Assembly (NCBI GenBank): GCA_030390025.1
Contig: CM059438.1
Coordinates: forward strand, 53,694,001 to 53,758,000
Direction: 5' to 3'
From: Squalus acanthias
Lineage: Eukaryota
Length of the DNA stretch: 64,000 nucleotides
Below the pieces are notes generated by a model. The model was not told the origin of the DNA and did no database searches. It saw only the letters and a program-made list of their open reading frames with translations. Below, piece after piece: positions 47,201 through 59,945 of the stretch. Within the stretch, counting starts at the first letter, position 1; each line of letters begins with the position of its first letter. Both the position numbers and the translations under genes were made by a program.

Positions 47201-50200
47201 TCCTCTCCTCATTGATTGATTGATCCTCACTGATTGATTGATCCTCTGCTCATTGATTGATCCTCATTCATTGATTGATCCTCTACTCCCTGATTGATTG
47301 ATCCTCACTGATTGATTGATCCTCTCCTCACTGATTGATTGATCCTCATTGATTGATTGATCCACATTGATTGATTGATCCTCACTGATTGATTGATCCT
47401 CTCCTCACTGATTGATTGATCCTCATTGATTGATTGATCCTCAATGATTGATTGATCCTCACTGATTGATTGATCCTCTGCTCATTGATTGATTGATCCT
47501 CATTGATTGATTGATCCTCTCCTCATTGATTGATCCTCACTGATTGATTGATCCTCTCACTGATTGATTGATTGATCTTCATTGATTGATTGATCCTCTC
47601 CTCGTTGATTGATTGATCCTCACTGATTGATTGATCCTCTGCTCATTGATTGATTGATCGATCCTCACTGATTGATTGATGATCCTCATTGATTGATTGA
47701 TTGATCCTCTCCTCATTGATTGATTGATCCTCACTGATTGATTGATCCTCACTGATTGATTGATCCTCTCCTTATTGATTGATTGATCCTCACTGATTGA
47801 TTGATCCTCACTGATTGATTGATCCTTTCGTCATTGATTGATTGCCCCTCACTGATTGATTGATCCTCTCATTGATTGATTGATCGAACCTCACTGATTG
47901 ATTGATCCTCTCATTGATTGATTGATCGAACCTCACTGATTGATTGATCCTCTCATTGATTGATTGATCGAACCTCACTGATTGATTGATCCTCTCCTTA
48001 TTGATTGATTGATCCTCACTGATTGATTGATCCTCACTGATTGGTTGATCCTCTCCTCATTGATTGATTGATCCTCACTGATTGATTGATCCTCTCCTCA
48101 TTGATTGATTGATTGATTGATCCTCTTTGATTGTACCTCTCCTCACTGACTGATTGATCCTCATTGATTGATTGATCTTCACTGATTGATTGATTCTCTC
48201 CTCATTGATTGATTGATCCTCATTGATTGATTGATCTTCACTGATTGATTGATCCTCTCCTCATTGATTGATTGATCCTCTCCTCACTGTTTGATTGATC
48301 GATCCGCATTGATTTAGTGATTGATACGATCCTCATTGATTGGTTGATCCTCTCCTCACTGATTGATTGATCGATCCTCATTGATTGATTGATTGATCAT
48401 CACTGTTTGATTGATCGATCCTCATTGATTTATTGATTAATCCTCTCCTCATTGATTGATTGATCCTCTCCTCATTGATTGATCCTCTCCTCACTGATTG
48501 ATTGATCGATCCTCACTGATTGATTTATCCTCTCCTCACTGATTGATTGATCCTCACTGATTGATTGATTTATCCTCACTGATTGATTGATCCTCTCCTC
48601 ATTGATTGATTGATCCTCACTGATTGATTGATTGATCCTCACTGATTGATTGATCCTCACTGATTGATTGATCCTCTCCTCATTGATTGATTGATCCTCA
48701 CTGATTGATTGATCTGCACTGATTGAATGATCCTCTCCTCATTGATTGATTGATCCACACTGATTGATTGATTGATCCTCTCCACTTTGATTGATTGATC
48801 CTCATTGATTGATCGTTCCTCATTGATTGATTGATCCTCACTGATTGATTGATTGATCCTCACTGATTGATTGATCGATCCTCATTGATTTATTGATTGA
48901 TCATCACTCATTGATTGATCGATCCTCATTGATTTATTGATTGATCCTCTCCTCATTGATTGATTGATCCTCACTGATTGATTGATCCTCTCCTCATTGA
49001 TTGATTGATCCTCACTGATTGATTGATCGATCCTCATTGATTTATTGATTGATCCTCTCCTCATTGATTGATTGATCCTCACTGATTGATTGATCCTCTC
49101 CTCATTGATTGATTGATCCTCACTGATTGATTGATCGATCCTCATTGATTGATCAATCCTCATTGATTGATTGATCCTCTCCTCACTGATTGATTGATTG
49201 ATCCTCTCCTCATTGATTGATTGATCATCATTGATTGATTGATCCTCTCCTCATTGATTGATTGATCCTCACTGATTGATTGATCCTCTGCTCATTGATT
49301 GATCCTCATTCATTGATTGATCCTCTACTCCCTGATTGATTGATCCTCACTGATTGATTGATCCTCTCCTCACTGATTGATTGATCCTCATTGATTGATT
49401 GATCCACATTGATTGATTGATCCTCACTGATTGATTGATCCTCTCCTCACTGATTGATTGATCCTCATTGATTGATTGATCCTCAATGATTGATTGATCC
49501 TCACTGATTGATTGATCCTCTGCTCATTGATTGATTGATCCTCATTGATTGATTGATCCTCTCCTCATTGATTGATCCTCACTGATTGATTGATCCTCTC
49601 ACTGATTGATTGATTGATCTTCATTGATTGATTGATCCTCTCCTCGTTGATTGATTGATCCTCACTGATTGATTGATCCTCTGCTCATTGATTGATTGAT
49701 CCTCACTGATTGATTGATTTATCCTCACTGATTGATTGATCCTCTCCTCATTGATTGATTGATCCTCACTGATTGATTGATTGATCCTCACTGATTGATT
49801 GATCCTCACTGATTGATTGATCCTCTCCTCATTGATTGATTGATCCTCGCTGATTGATTGATCTGCACTGATTGAATGATCCTCTCCTCATTGATTGATT
49901 GATCCACACTGATTGATTGATTGATCCTCTCCACTTTGATTGATTGATCCTCATTGATTGATCGTTCCTCATTGATTGATTGATCCTCACTGATTGATTG
50001 ATTGATCCTCACTGATTGATTGATCGATCCTCATTGATTTATTGATTGATCATCACTCATTGATTGATCGATCCTCATTGATTTATTGATTGATCCTCTC
50101 CTCATTGATTGATTGATCCTCACTGATTGATTGATCCTCTCCTCATTGATTGATTGATCCTCACTGATTGATTGATCGATCCTCATTGATTTATTGATTG

Positions 50201-53200
50201 ATCCTCTCCTCATTGATTGATTGATCCTCACTGATTGATTGATCCTCTCCTCATTGATTGATTGATCCTCACTGATTGATTGATCGATCCTCATTGATTG
50301 ATCAATCCTCATTGATTGATTGATTGATCCTCTCCTCATTGATTGATTGATCCTCACTGATTGATTGATCCTCTGCTCATTGATTGATCCTCATTCATTG
50401 ATTGATCCTCTACTCCCTGATTGATTGATCCTCACTGATTGATTGATGCTCTCCTCACTGATTGATTGATCCTCATTGATTGATTGATCCACATTGACTG
50501 ATTGATCCTCACTGATTGATTGATCCTCTCCTCACTGATTGATTGATCCTCATTGATTGATTGATCCTCAATGATTGATTGATCCTCACTGATTGATTGA
50601 TCCTCTGCTCATTGATTGATTGATCCTCATTGATTGATTGATCCTCTCCTCATTGATTGATCCTCACTGATTGATTGATCCTCTCACTGATTGATTGATT
50701 GATCTTCATTGATTGATTGATCCTCTCCTCGTTGATTGATTGATCCTCACTGATTGATTGATCCTCTGCTCATTGATTGATTGATCGATCCTCACTGATT
50801 GATTGATGATCCTCATTGATTGATTGATTGATCCTCTCCTCATTGATTGATTGATCCTCACTGATTGATTGATCCTCACTGATTGATTGATCCTCTCCTT
50901 ATTGATTGATTGATCCTCACTGATTGATTGATCCTCACTGATTGATTGATCCTTTCGTCATTGATTGATTGCCCCTCACTGATTGATTGATCCTCTCATT
51001 GATTGATTGATCGAACCTCACTGATTGATTGATCCTCTCATTGATTGATTGATCGAACCTCACTGATTGATTGATCCTCTCATTGATTGATTGATCGAAC
51101 CTCACTGATTGATTGATCCTCTCCTTATTGATTGATTGATCCTCACTGATTGATTGATCCTCACTGATTGGTTGATCCTCTCCTCATTGATTGATTGATC
51201 CTCACTGATTGATTGATCCTCTCCTCATTGATTGATTGATTGATTGATCCTCTTTGATTGTACCTCTCCTCACTGACTGATTGATCCTCATTGATTGATT
51301 GATCTTCACTGATTGATTGATTCTCTCCTCATTGATTGATTGATCCTCATTGATTGATTGATCTTCACTGATTGATTGATCCTCTCCTCATTGATTGATT
51401 GATCCTCACTGATTGATTGATCCTCTCCTCATTGATTGATTGATCCTCTCCTCACTGTTTGATTGATCGATCCGCATTGATTTAGTGATTGATACGATCC
51501 TCATTGATTGGTTGATCCTCTCCTCACTGATTGATTGATCGATCCTCATTGATTGATTGATTGATCATCACTGTTTGATTGATCGATCCTCATTGATTTA
51601 TTGATTAATCCTCTCCTCATTGATTGATTGATCCTCTCCTCATTGATTGATCCTCTCCTCACTGATTGATTGATCGATCCTCACTGATTGATTTATCCTC
51701 TCCTCACTGATTGATTGATCCTCACTGATTGATTGATTTATCCTCACTGATTGATTGATCCTCTCCTCATTGATTGATTGATCCTCACTGATTGATTGAT
51801 TGATCCTCACTGATTGATTGATCCTCACTGATTGATTGATCCTCTCCTCATTGATTGATTGATCCTCACTGATTGATTGATCTGCACTGATTGAATGATC
51901 CTCTCCTCATTGATTGATTGATCCACACTGATTGATTGATTGATCCTCTCCACTTTGATTGATTGATCCTCATTGATTGATCGTTCCTCATTGATTGATT
52001 GATCCTCACTGATTGATTGATTGATCCTCACTGATTGATTGATCGATCCTCATTGATTTATTGATTGATCATCACTCATTGATTGATCGATCCTCATTGA
52101 TTTATTGATTGATCCTCTCCTCATTGATTGATTGATCCTCACTGATTGATTGATCCTCTCCTCATTGATTGATTGATCCTCACTGATTGATTGATCGATC
52201 CTCATTGATTTATTGATTGATCCTCTCCTCATTGATTGATTGATCCTCACTGATTGATTGATCCTCTCCTCATTGATTGATTGATCCTCACTGATTGATT
52301 GATCGATCCTCATTGATTGATCAATCCTCATTGATTGATTGATCCTCAATGATTGATTGATCCTCACTGATTGATTGATCCTCTGCTCATTGATTGATTG
52401 ATCCTCATTGATTGATTGATCCTCTCCTCATTGATTGATCCTCACTGATTGATTGATCCTCTCACTGATTGATTGATTGATCTTCATTGATTGATTGATC
52501 CTCTCCTCGTTGATTGATTGATCCTCACTGATTGATTGATCCTCTGCTCATTGATTGATTGATCCTCACTGATTGATTGATTTATCCTCACTGATTGATT
52601 GATCCTCTCCTCATTGATTGATTGATCCTCACTGATTGATTGATTGATCCTCACTGATTGATTGATCCTCACTGATTGATTGATCCTCTCCTCATTGATT
52701 GATTGATCCTCACTGATTGATTGATCTGCACTGATTGAATGATCCTCTCCTCATTGATTGATTGATCCACACTGATTGATTGATTGATCCTCTCCACTTT
52801 GATTGATTGATCCTCATTGATTGATCGTTCCTCATTGATTGATTGATCCTCACTGATTGATTGATTGATCCTCACTGATTGATTGATCGATCCTCATTGA
52901 TTTATTGATTGATCATCACTCATTGATTGATCGATCCTCATTGATTTATTGATTGATCCTCTCCTCATTGATTGATTGATCCTCACTGATTGATTGATCC
53001 TCTCCTCATTGATTGATTGATCCTCACTGATTGATTGATCGATCCTCATTGATTTATTGATTGATCCTCTCCTCATTGATTGATTGATCCTCACTGATTG
53101 ATTGATCCTCTCCTCATTGATTGATTGATCCTCACTGATTGATTGATCGATCCTCATTGATTGATCAATCCTCATTGATTGATTGATCCTCTCCTCACTG

Positions 53201-56200
53201 ATTGATTGATTGATCCTCTCCTCATTGATTGATTGATCATCATTGATTGATTGATCCTCTCCTCATTGATTGATTGATCCTCACTGATTGATTGATCCTC
53301 TGCTCATTGATTGATCCTCATTCATTGATTGATCCTCTACTCCCTGATTGATTGATCCTCACTGATTGATTGATCCTCTCCTCACTGATTGATTGATCCT
53401 CATTGATTGATTGATCCACATTGATTGATTGATCCTCACTGATTGATTGATCCTCTCCTCACTGATTGATTGATCCTCATTGATTGATTGATCCTCAATG
53501 ATTGATTGATCCTCACTGATTGATTGATCCTCTGCTCATTGATTGATTGATCCTCATTGATTGATTGATCCTCTCCTCATTGATTGATCCTCACAGATTG
53601 ATTGATCCTCTCACTGATTGATTGATTGATCTTCATTGATTGATTGATCCTCTCCTCGTTGATTGATTGATCCTCACTGATTGATTGATCCTCTGTTCAT
53701 TGATTGATTGATCGATCCTCACTGATTGATTGATGATCCTCATTGATTGATCCTCTCCTCATTGATTGATTGATCCTCACTGATTGATTCATCCTCACTG
53801 ATTGATTGATTGATCCTCACTGATTGATTGATCCTCTACTCATTGATTGATCGATCCTCACTGATTGATTGATCCTCTCCTCATTGATTGATTGATCCTC
53901 ACTGATTGATTGATACTCTCCTCATTGATTGATTGATTCTCACTGATTGATTGATCCTCTCCTCATTGATTGATTGATCCTCACTGATTGATTGATCCTC
54001 TACTCATTGATTGATTGATCCTCACTGATTGATTGATTGATCTTCACTGATGGATTGATCCTCATTGATTGATTGATCCTCACTGATTGTTTGATCCTCT
54101 CCTCATTGATTGATTGATCCTCTCCTCACTGATTGATTTATCGATCCTCATTGATTGATTGATCCTCACTGATTGATTGATCCACTCCTCATTGATTGAT
54201 TGATCCTCACTGATTGATTGATCGATCCTCATTGATTGATCAATCCTCATTGATTGATTGATCCTCAATGATTGATTGATCCTCACTGATTGATTGATCC
54301 TCTGCTCATTGATTGATTGATCCTCATTGATTGATTGATCCTCTCCTCATTGATTGATCCTCACTGATTGATTGATCCTCTCACTGATTGATTGATTGAT
54401 CTTCATTGATTGATTGATCCTCTCCTCGTTGATTGATTGATCCTCACTGATTGATTGATCCTCTGCTCATTGATTGATTGATCCTCACTGATTGATTGAT
54501 TTATCCTCACTGATTGATTGATCCTCTCCTCATTGATTGATTGATCCTCACTGATTGATTGATTGATCCTCACTGATTGATTGATCCTCACTGATTGATT
54601 GATCCTCTCCTCATTGATTGATTGATCCTCACTGATTGATTGATCTGCACTGATTGAATGATCCTCTCCTCATTGATTGATTGATCCACACTGATTGATT
54701 GATTGATCCTCTCCACTTTGATTGATTGATCCTCATTGATTGATCGTTCCTCATTGATTGATTGATCCTCACTGATTGATTGATTGATCCTCACTGATTG
54801 ATTGATCGATCCTCATTGATTTATTGATTGATCATCACTCATTGATTGATCGATCCTCATTGATTTATTGATTGATCCTCTCCTCATTGATTGATTGATC
54901 CTCACTGATTGATTGATCCTCTCCTCATTGATTGATTGATCCTCACTGATTGATTGATCGATCCTCATTGATTTATTGATTGATCCTCTCCTCATTGATT
55001 GATTGATCCTCACTGATTGATTGATCCTCTCCTCATTGATTGATTGATCCTCACTGATTGATTGATCGATCCTCATTGATTGATCAATCCTCATTGATTG
55101 ATTGATCCTCTCCTCACTGATTGATTGATTGATCCTCTCCTCATTGATTGATTGATCATCATTGATTGATTGATCCTCTCCTCATTGATTGATTGATCCT
55201 CACTGATTGATTGATCCTCTGCTCATTGATTGATCCTCATTCATTGATTGATCCTCTACTCCCTGATTGATTGATCCTCACTGATTGATTGATCCTCTCC
55301 TCACTGATTGATTGATCCTCATTGATTGATTGATCCACATTGATTGATTGATCCTCACTGATTGATTGATCCTCTCCTCACTGATTGATTGATCCTCATT
55401 GATTGATTGATCCTCAATGATTGATTGATCCTCACTGATTGATTGATCCTCTGCTCATTGATTGATTGATCCTCATTGATTGATTGATCCTCTCCTCATT
55501 GATTGATCCTCACAGATTGATTGATCCTCTCACTGATTGATTGATTGATCTTCATTGATTGATTGATCCTCTCCTCGTTGATTGATTGATCCTCACTGAT
55601 TGATTGATCCTCTGCTCATTGATTGATTGATCGATCCTCACTGATTGATTGATGATCCTCATTGATTGATTGATTGATCCTCTCCTCATTGATTGATTGA
55701 TCCTCACTGATTGATTCATCCTCACTGATTGATTGATTGATCCTCACTGATTGATTGATCCTCTACTCATTGATTGATCGATCCTCACTGATTGATTGAT
55801 CCTCTCCTCATTGATTGATTGATCCTCACTGATTGATTGATACTCTCCTCATTGATTGATTGATTCTCACTGATTGATTGATCCTCTCCTCATTGATTGA
55901 TTGATCCTCACTGATTGATTGATCCTCTACTCATTGATTGATTGATCCTCACTGATTGATTGATTGATCTTCACTGATGGATTGATCCTCATTGATTGAT
56001 TGATCCTCACTGATTGTTTGATCCTCTCCTCATTGATTGATTGATCCTCTCCTCACTGATTGATTTATCGATCCTCATTGATTGATTGATCCTCACTGAT
56101 TGATTGATCCACTCCTCATTGATTGATTGATCCTCTCCTCACTGTTTGATTGATCGATCCGCATTGATTTAGTGATTGATACGATCCTCATTGATTGGTT

Positions 56201-56900
56201 GATCCTCTCCTCACTGATTGATTGATCGATCCTCATTGATTGATTGATTGATCATCACTGTTTGATTGATCGATCCTCATTGATTGATTGATTGATCATC
56301 ACTGTTTGATTGATCGATCCTCATTGATTTATTGATTAATCCTCTCCTCATTGATTGATTGATCCTCTCCTCATTGATTGATCCTCTCCTCACTGATTGA
56401 TTGATCGATCCTCACTGATTGATTTATCCTCTCCTCACTGATTGATTGATCCTCACTGATTGATTGATTTATCCTCACTGATTGATTGATCCTCTCCTCA
56501 TTGATTGATTGATCCTCACTGATTGATTGATTGATCCTCACTGATTGATTGATCCTCACTGATTGATTGATCCTCTCCTCATTGATTGATTGATCCTCAC
56601 TGATTGATTGATCGATCCTCATTGATTGATCAATCCTCATTGATTGATTGATTGATCCTCTCCTCATTGATTGATTGATCATCATTGATTGATTGATCCT
56701 CTCCTCATTGATTGATTGATCCTCACTGATTGATTGATCCTCTGCTCATTGATTGATCCTCATTCATTGATTGATCCTCTACTCCCTGATTGATTGATCC
56801 TCACTGATTGATTGATCCTCTCCTCACTGATTGATTGATCCTCATTGATTGATTGATCCACATTGATTGATTGATCCTCACTGATTGATTGATCCTCTCC
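26774..56900. repeat. Near-identical 14,123-bp tandem duplication; the second copy carries an extra internal 1,919-bp duplication
   Basis: Offsets 26952/41075, 28091/42214, 31778/45901, 37517/51640 and 38771/52894 all equal 14123. Offset 52484/54403 equals 1919, and 40329/56371 equals 14123+1919. Rare variants are shared at the same offset (gattctctccacttt 28631/42754; cacag 39472/53595, again at 55514). Confidence 0.92.
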
Positions 56901-58563
56901 TCACTGATTGATTGATCCTCATTGATTGATTGATCCTCAATGATTGATTGATCCTCACTGATTGATTGATCCTCTGCTCATTGATTGATTGATCCTCATT
57001 GATTGATTGATCCTCTCCTCATTGATTGATCCTCACAGATTGATTGATCCTCTCACTGATTGATTGCTTGATCTTCATTGATTGATTGATCCTCTCCTCG
57101 TTGATTGATTGATCCTCACTGATTGATTGATCCTCTGCTCATTGATTGATTGATCGATCCTCACTGATTGATTGATGATCCTCATTGATTGATTGATTGA
57201 TCCTCTCCTCATTGATTGATTGATCCTCACTGATTGATTGATCCTCACTGATTGATTGATCCTCTCCTTATTGATTGATTGATCCTCACTGATTGATTGA
57301 TCCTCACTGATTGATTGATCCTTTCGTCATTGATTGATTGCCCCTCACTGATTGATTGATCCTCTCATTGATTGATTGATCGAACCTCACTGATTGATTG
57401 ATCCTCTCATTGATTGATTGATCGAACCTCACTGATTGATTGATCCTCTCATTGATTGATTGATCGAACCTCACTGATTGATTGATCCTCTCCTTATTGA
57501 TTGATTGATCCTCACTGATTGATTGATCCTCACTGATTGGTTGATCCTCTCCTCATTGATTGATTGATCCTCACTGATTGATTGATCCTCTCCTCATTGA
57601 TTGATTGATTGATTGATCCTCTTTGATTGTACCTCTCCTCACTGACTGATTGATCCTCATTGATTGATTGATCTTCACTGATTGATTGATTCTCTCCTCA
57701 TTGATTGATTGATCCTCATTGATTGATTGATCTTCACTGATTGATTGATCCTCTCCTCATTGATTGATTGATCCTCACTCATTGATTGATCCTCTCCTCA
57801 TTGATTGATTGATCCTCTCCTCACTGATTGATTGATCCTCACTGATTGATTGATCCTCTGCTTATTGATTGATTGATCCTCACTGATTGATTGATCCGCT
57901 GCTCATTGATTGATTGATCCTCACTGATTGATTGATCCTCTGCTCATTGATTGATTGATCCTCACTGATTGATTGATCCTCTCCTCATTGATTGATTCAT
58001 CCTCACTGATTGATTGATCCTCTCCTCATTGATTGATTGATCCTCTCCTCACTGATTGATTGATTGATCCTCTCCTCACTGATTGATTGATTGATCCTCT
58101 CCTCACTGATAGATTGATCAAGCGGTTCTCCTCACTGATGATCTCCAATGGGGATCTAGCAACAATCACCCATGGACCCATTCAGGGTACAAATTAGCAC
58201 TTCAGCATGGGGCAGAAATATATGAGTGACTTCTGGGGCATAAATAATAAGGAACCTTTGAAGCAGCTGGTTTATAAGAGGAACTTGACTGATGGTGTGA
58301 TTCCCTCTAGGAACGGCATTCTAAAATATTGCCAAGAGCCAGTGGAGTAGACCCTCCAGATGAACCTGAGGGGAAGCCCCAGAAAAATTGATTTTTTCAA
58401 CTGAATGCTGACTTCCGAATGTGGTATTAAGCTGTACACTTTCTGATTCTCCATTAAAAAATACAATAACAGTTTTCTGAGTTTTCACAATTTTAGAGAT
58501 TTAGTTTGAGAATTCACTGCTCACCACTTTTGTGAGGCCCTACCTCTAGCATCAAACTTCAAC

Positions 58564-58595
58564 ACAGAGTAAAGCTCTCTTTACACTGTCCCATC
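58564..58595 (-). repeat. Solitary partial copy of the 67-bp repeat unit, inverted
   Basis: The reverse complement gatgggacagtgtaaagagagctttactctgt matches the array consensus gatgggacagtgtagagggagctttactctgt at 30/32 positions. Confidence 0.85.
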
Positions 58596-59945
58596 CTGTA
58601 TTTTCCCTCTGGTGCTGTGTCCTCTCCTGTACTCCCCCTCTGGTGCTGTGTCCTCTCCTGTACTCTCCCTCTGGTGCTGTGTCCTCTCCTTTACTCTCCC
58701 TCTGGTCTTGTGTCCTCTCCTGTACTCCCCCTCTGGTGCTGTGTCCTCTCCTGTATTCTCCCTCTGTGCTATGTCCTCTCCTGTACTCTCCCTCTGTGTT
58801 GTGTCCTCTACTGTACTCTCCCTCTGTGCTATGTCATCTACTGTACTCTCCCTCTGTGCTGTGTCCTCTACTGTACTCTCCCTCTGTGCTGTGTCCTCTA
58901 CTGTACTCTCCCTCTGTGCTGTGTCCTCTACTGTACTCTCCCTCTGTGCTGTGTCCTCTACTGTACTCTCCCTCTGTGCTATGTCCTCTACTGTACTCTC
59001 CCTCTGTGCTGTGACCTCTCCTGTACTCTCCCTCTGTGCTTTGTCCTCTCCTGTACTCTCCCTCTGTTGTTGTGTCCTCTCCTGTACTCTCCCTCTGTGC
59101 TATGTCATCTACTGTACTCTCCCTCTGTGCTGTGTCCTCTACTGTACTCTCCCTCTGTGCTGTGTCCTCTACTGTACTCTCCCTCTGTGCTGTGTCCTCT
59201 CCTGTACTCTCCCTCTGGTCTTGTGTCCTCTCCTGTACTCTCCCTCTGTGCTGTGACCTCTCCTGTACTCTCCCTCTGTGCTTTGTCCTCTCCTGTACTC
59301 TCCCTCTGTTGTTGTGTCCTCTCCTGTACTCTCCCTCTGTGCTCTGTCCTCTCCTGTACTCTCCCTCTGGTCTTGTGTCCTCTCCTGTACTCTCCCTCTG
59401 TGCTGTGTCCTCTCCTGTACTCTCCCTCTGGTCTTGTGTCCTCTCCTGTACTCTCGCTCTGGTCTTGTGTCCTCTCCTGTACTCTCCCTCTGGTCTTGTG
59501 TCCTCTCCTGTACTCTCCCTCTGTGCTGTGTCCTCTCCTGTACTCTCCCTCTGGTCTTGTGTCCTCTCCTGTACTCTCCCTCTGTGCTGTGTCCTCTCCT
59601 GTACTCTCCCTCTGGTCTTGTGTCCTCTCCTGTACTCTCCCTCTGTGTTGTGTCCTCTCCTGTACTCTCCCTCTGTGCTGTGTCCTCTACTGTACTCTCC
59701 CTCTGGTCTTGTGTCCTCTCCTGTACTCTCCCTCTGGTCTTGTGTCCTCTCCTGTACTCTCCCTCTGTGCTGTGTCCTCTCCTGTACTCTCCCTCTGGTC
59801 TTGTGTCCTCTCCTGTACTCTCCCTCTGGTCTTGTGTCCTCTCCTGTACTCTCCCTCTGTGCTGTGTCCTCTCCTGTACTCTCCCTCTGGTCTTGTGTCC
59901 TCTCCTGTACTATCCACCTGGTACTGACTCTCCTGTATTCTCCCA
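58596..59945. repeat. 30/31-bp pyrimidine-rich minisatellite (CTGTACTCTCCCTCTGTGCTGTGTCCTCTC / CTGTACTCTCCCTCTGGTCTTGTGTCCTCTC), about 44 units
   Basis: Directly visible tandem units in two main length variants, with degenerate first and last units. Confidence 0.97.

Larger units (their letters stand above)
1..58120. repeat. Complex GATT-based satellite array (18-bp GATTGATTGATCCTCAYT and 23-bp GATTGATTGATCCTCTCCTCAYT monomers plus length variants) with higher-order structure; truncated at the window start
   Basis: Continuous (GATT)n tracts ending in GATC and followed by CTCA[C/T]T or CTCTCCTCA[C/T]T throughout, with no unique insert or orientation switch seen. Roughly 2,800 monomers (58 kb divided by about 20.5 bp; an estimate). 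Ends at ...cctcactgatagattgatca (58120). Confidence 0.99.

Noticed and set aside
898..56685. Dozens of minus-strand ORFs encoding RINQS/SISEDQ/MRRGS repeats
   Set aside because: They are frame-rotating translations of the (AATC)n satellite strand. They are short, constantly broken by 4- and 5-bp length variants, and recur exactly with the DNA duplications.
1..58120. CRISPR-like or information-encoding repeat-spacer array
   Set aside because: There are no unique spacers. The linkers come from two related words, there are no cas genes, and the context is vertebrate.
1..58120. Telomeric repeat or a confirmed centromere
   Set aside because: There are no TTAGGG tracts. Centromere function cannot be inferred from sequence alone, and the array adjoins a gene.
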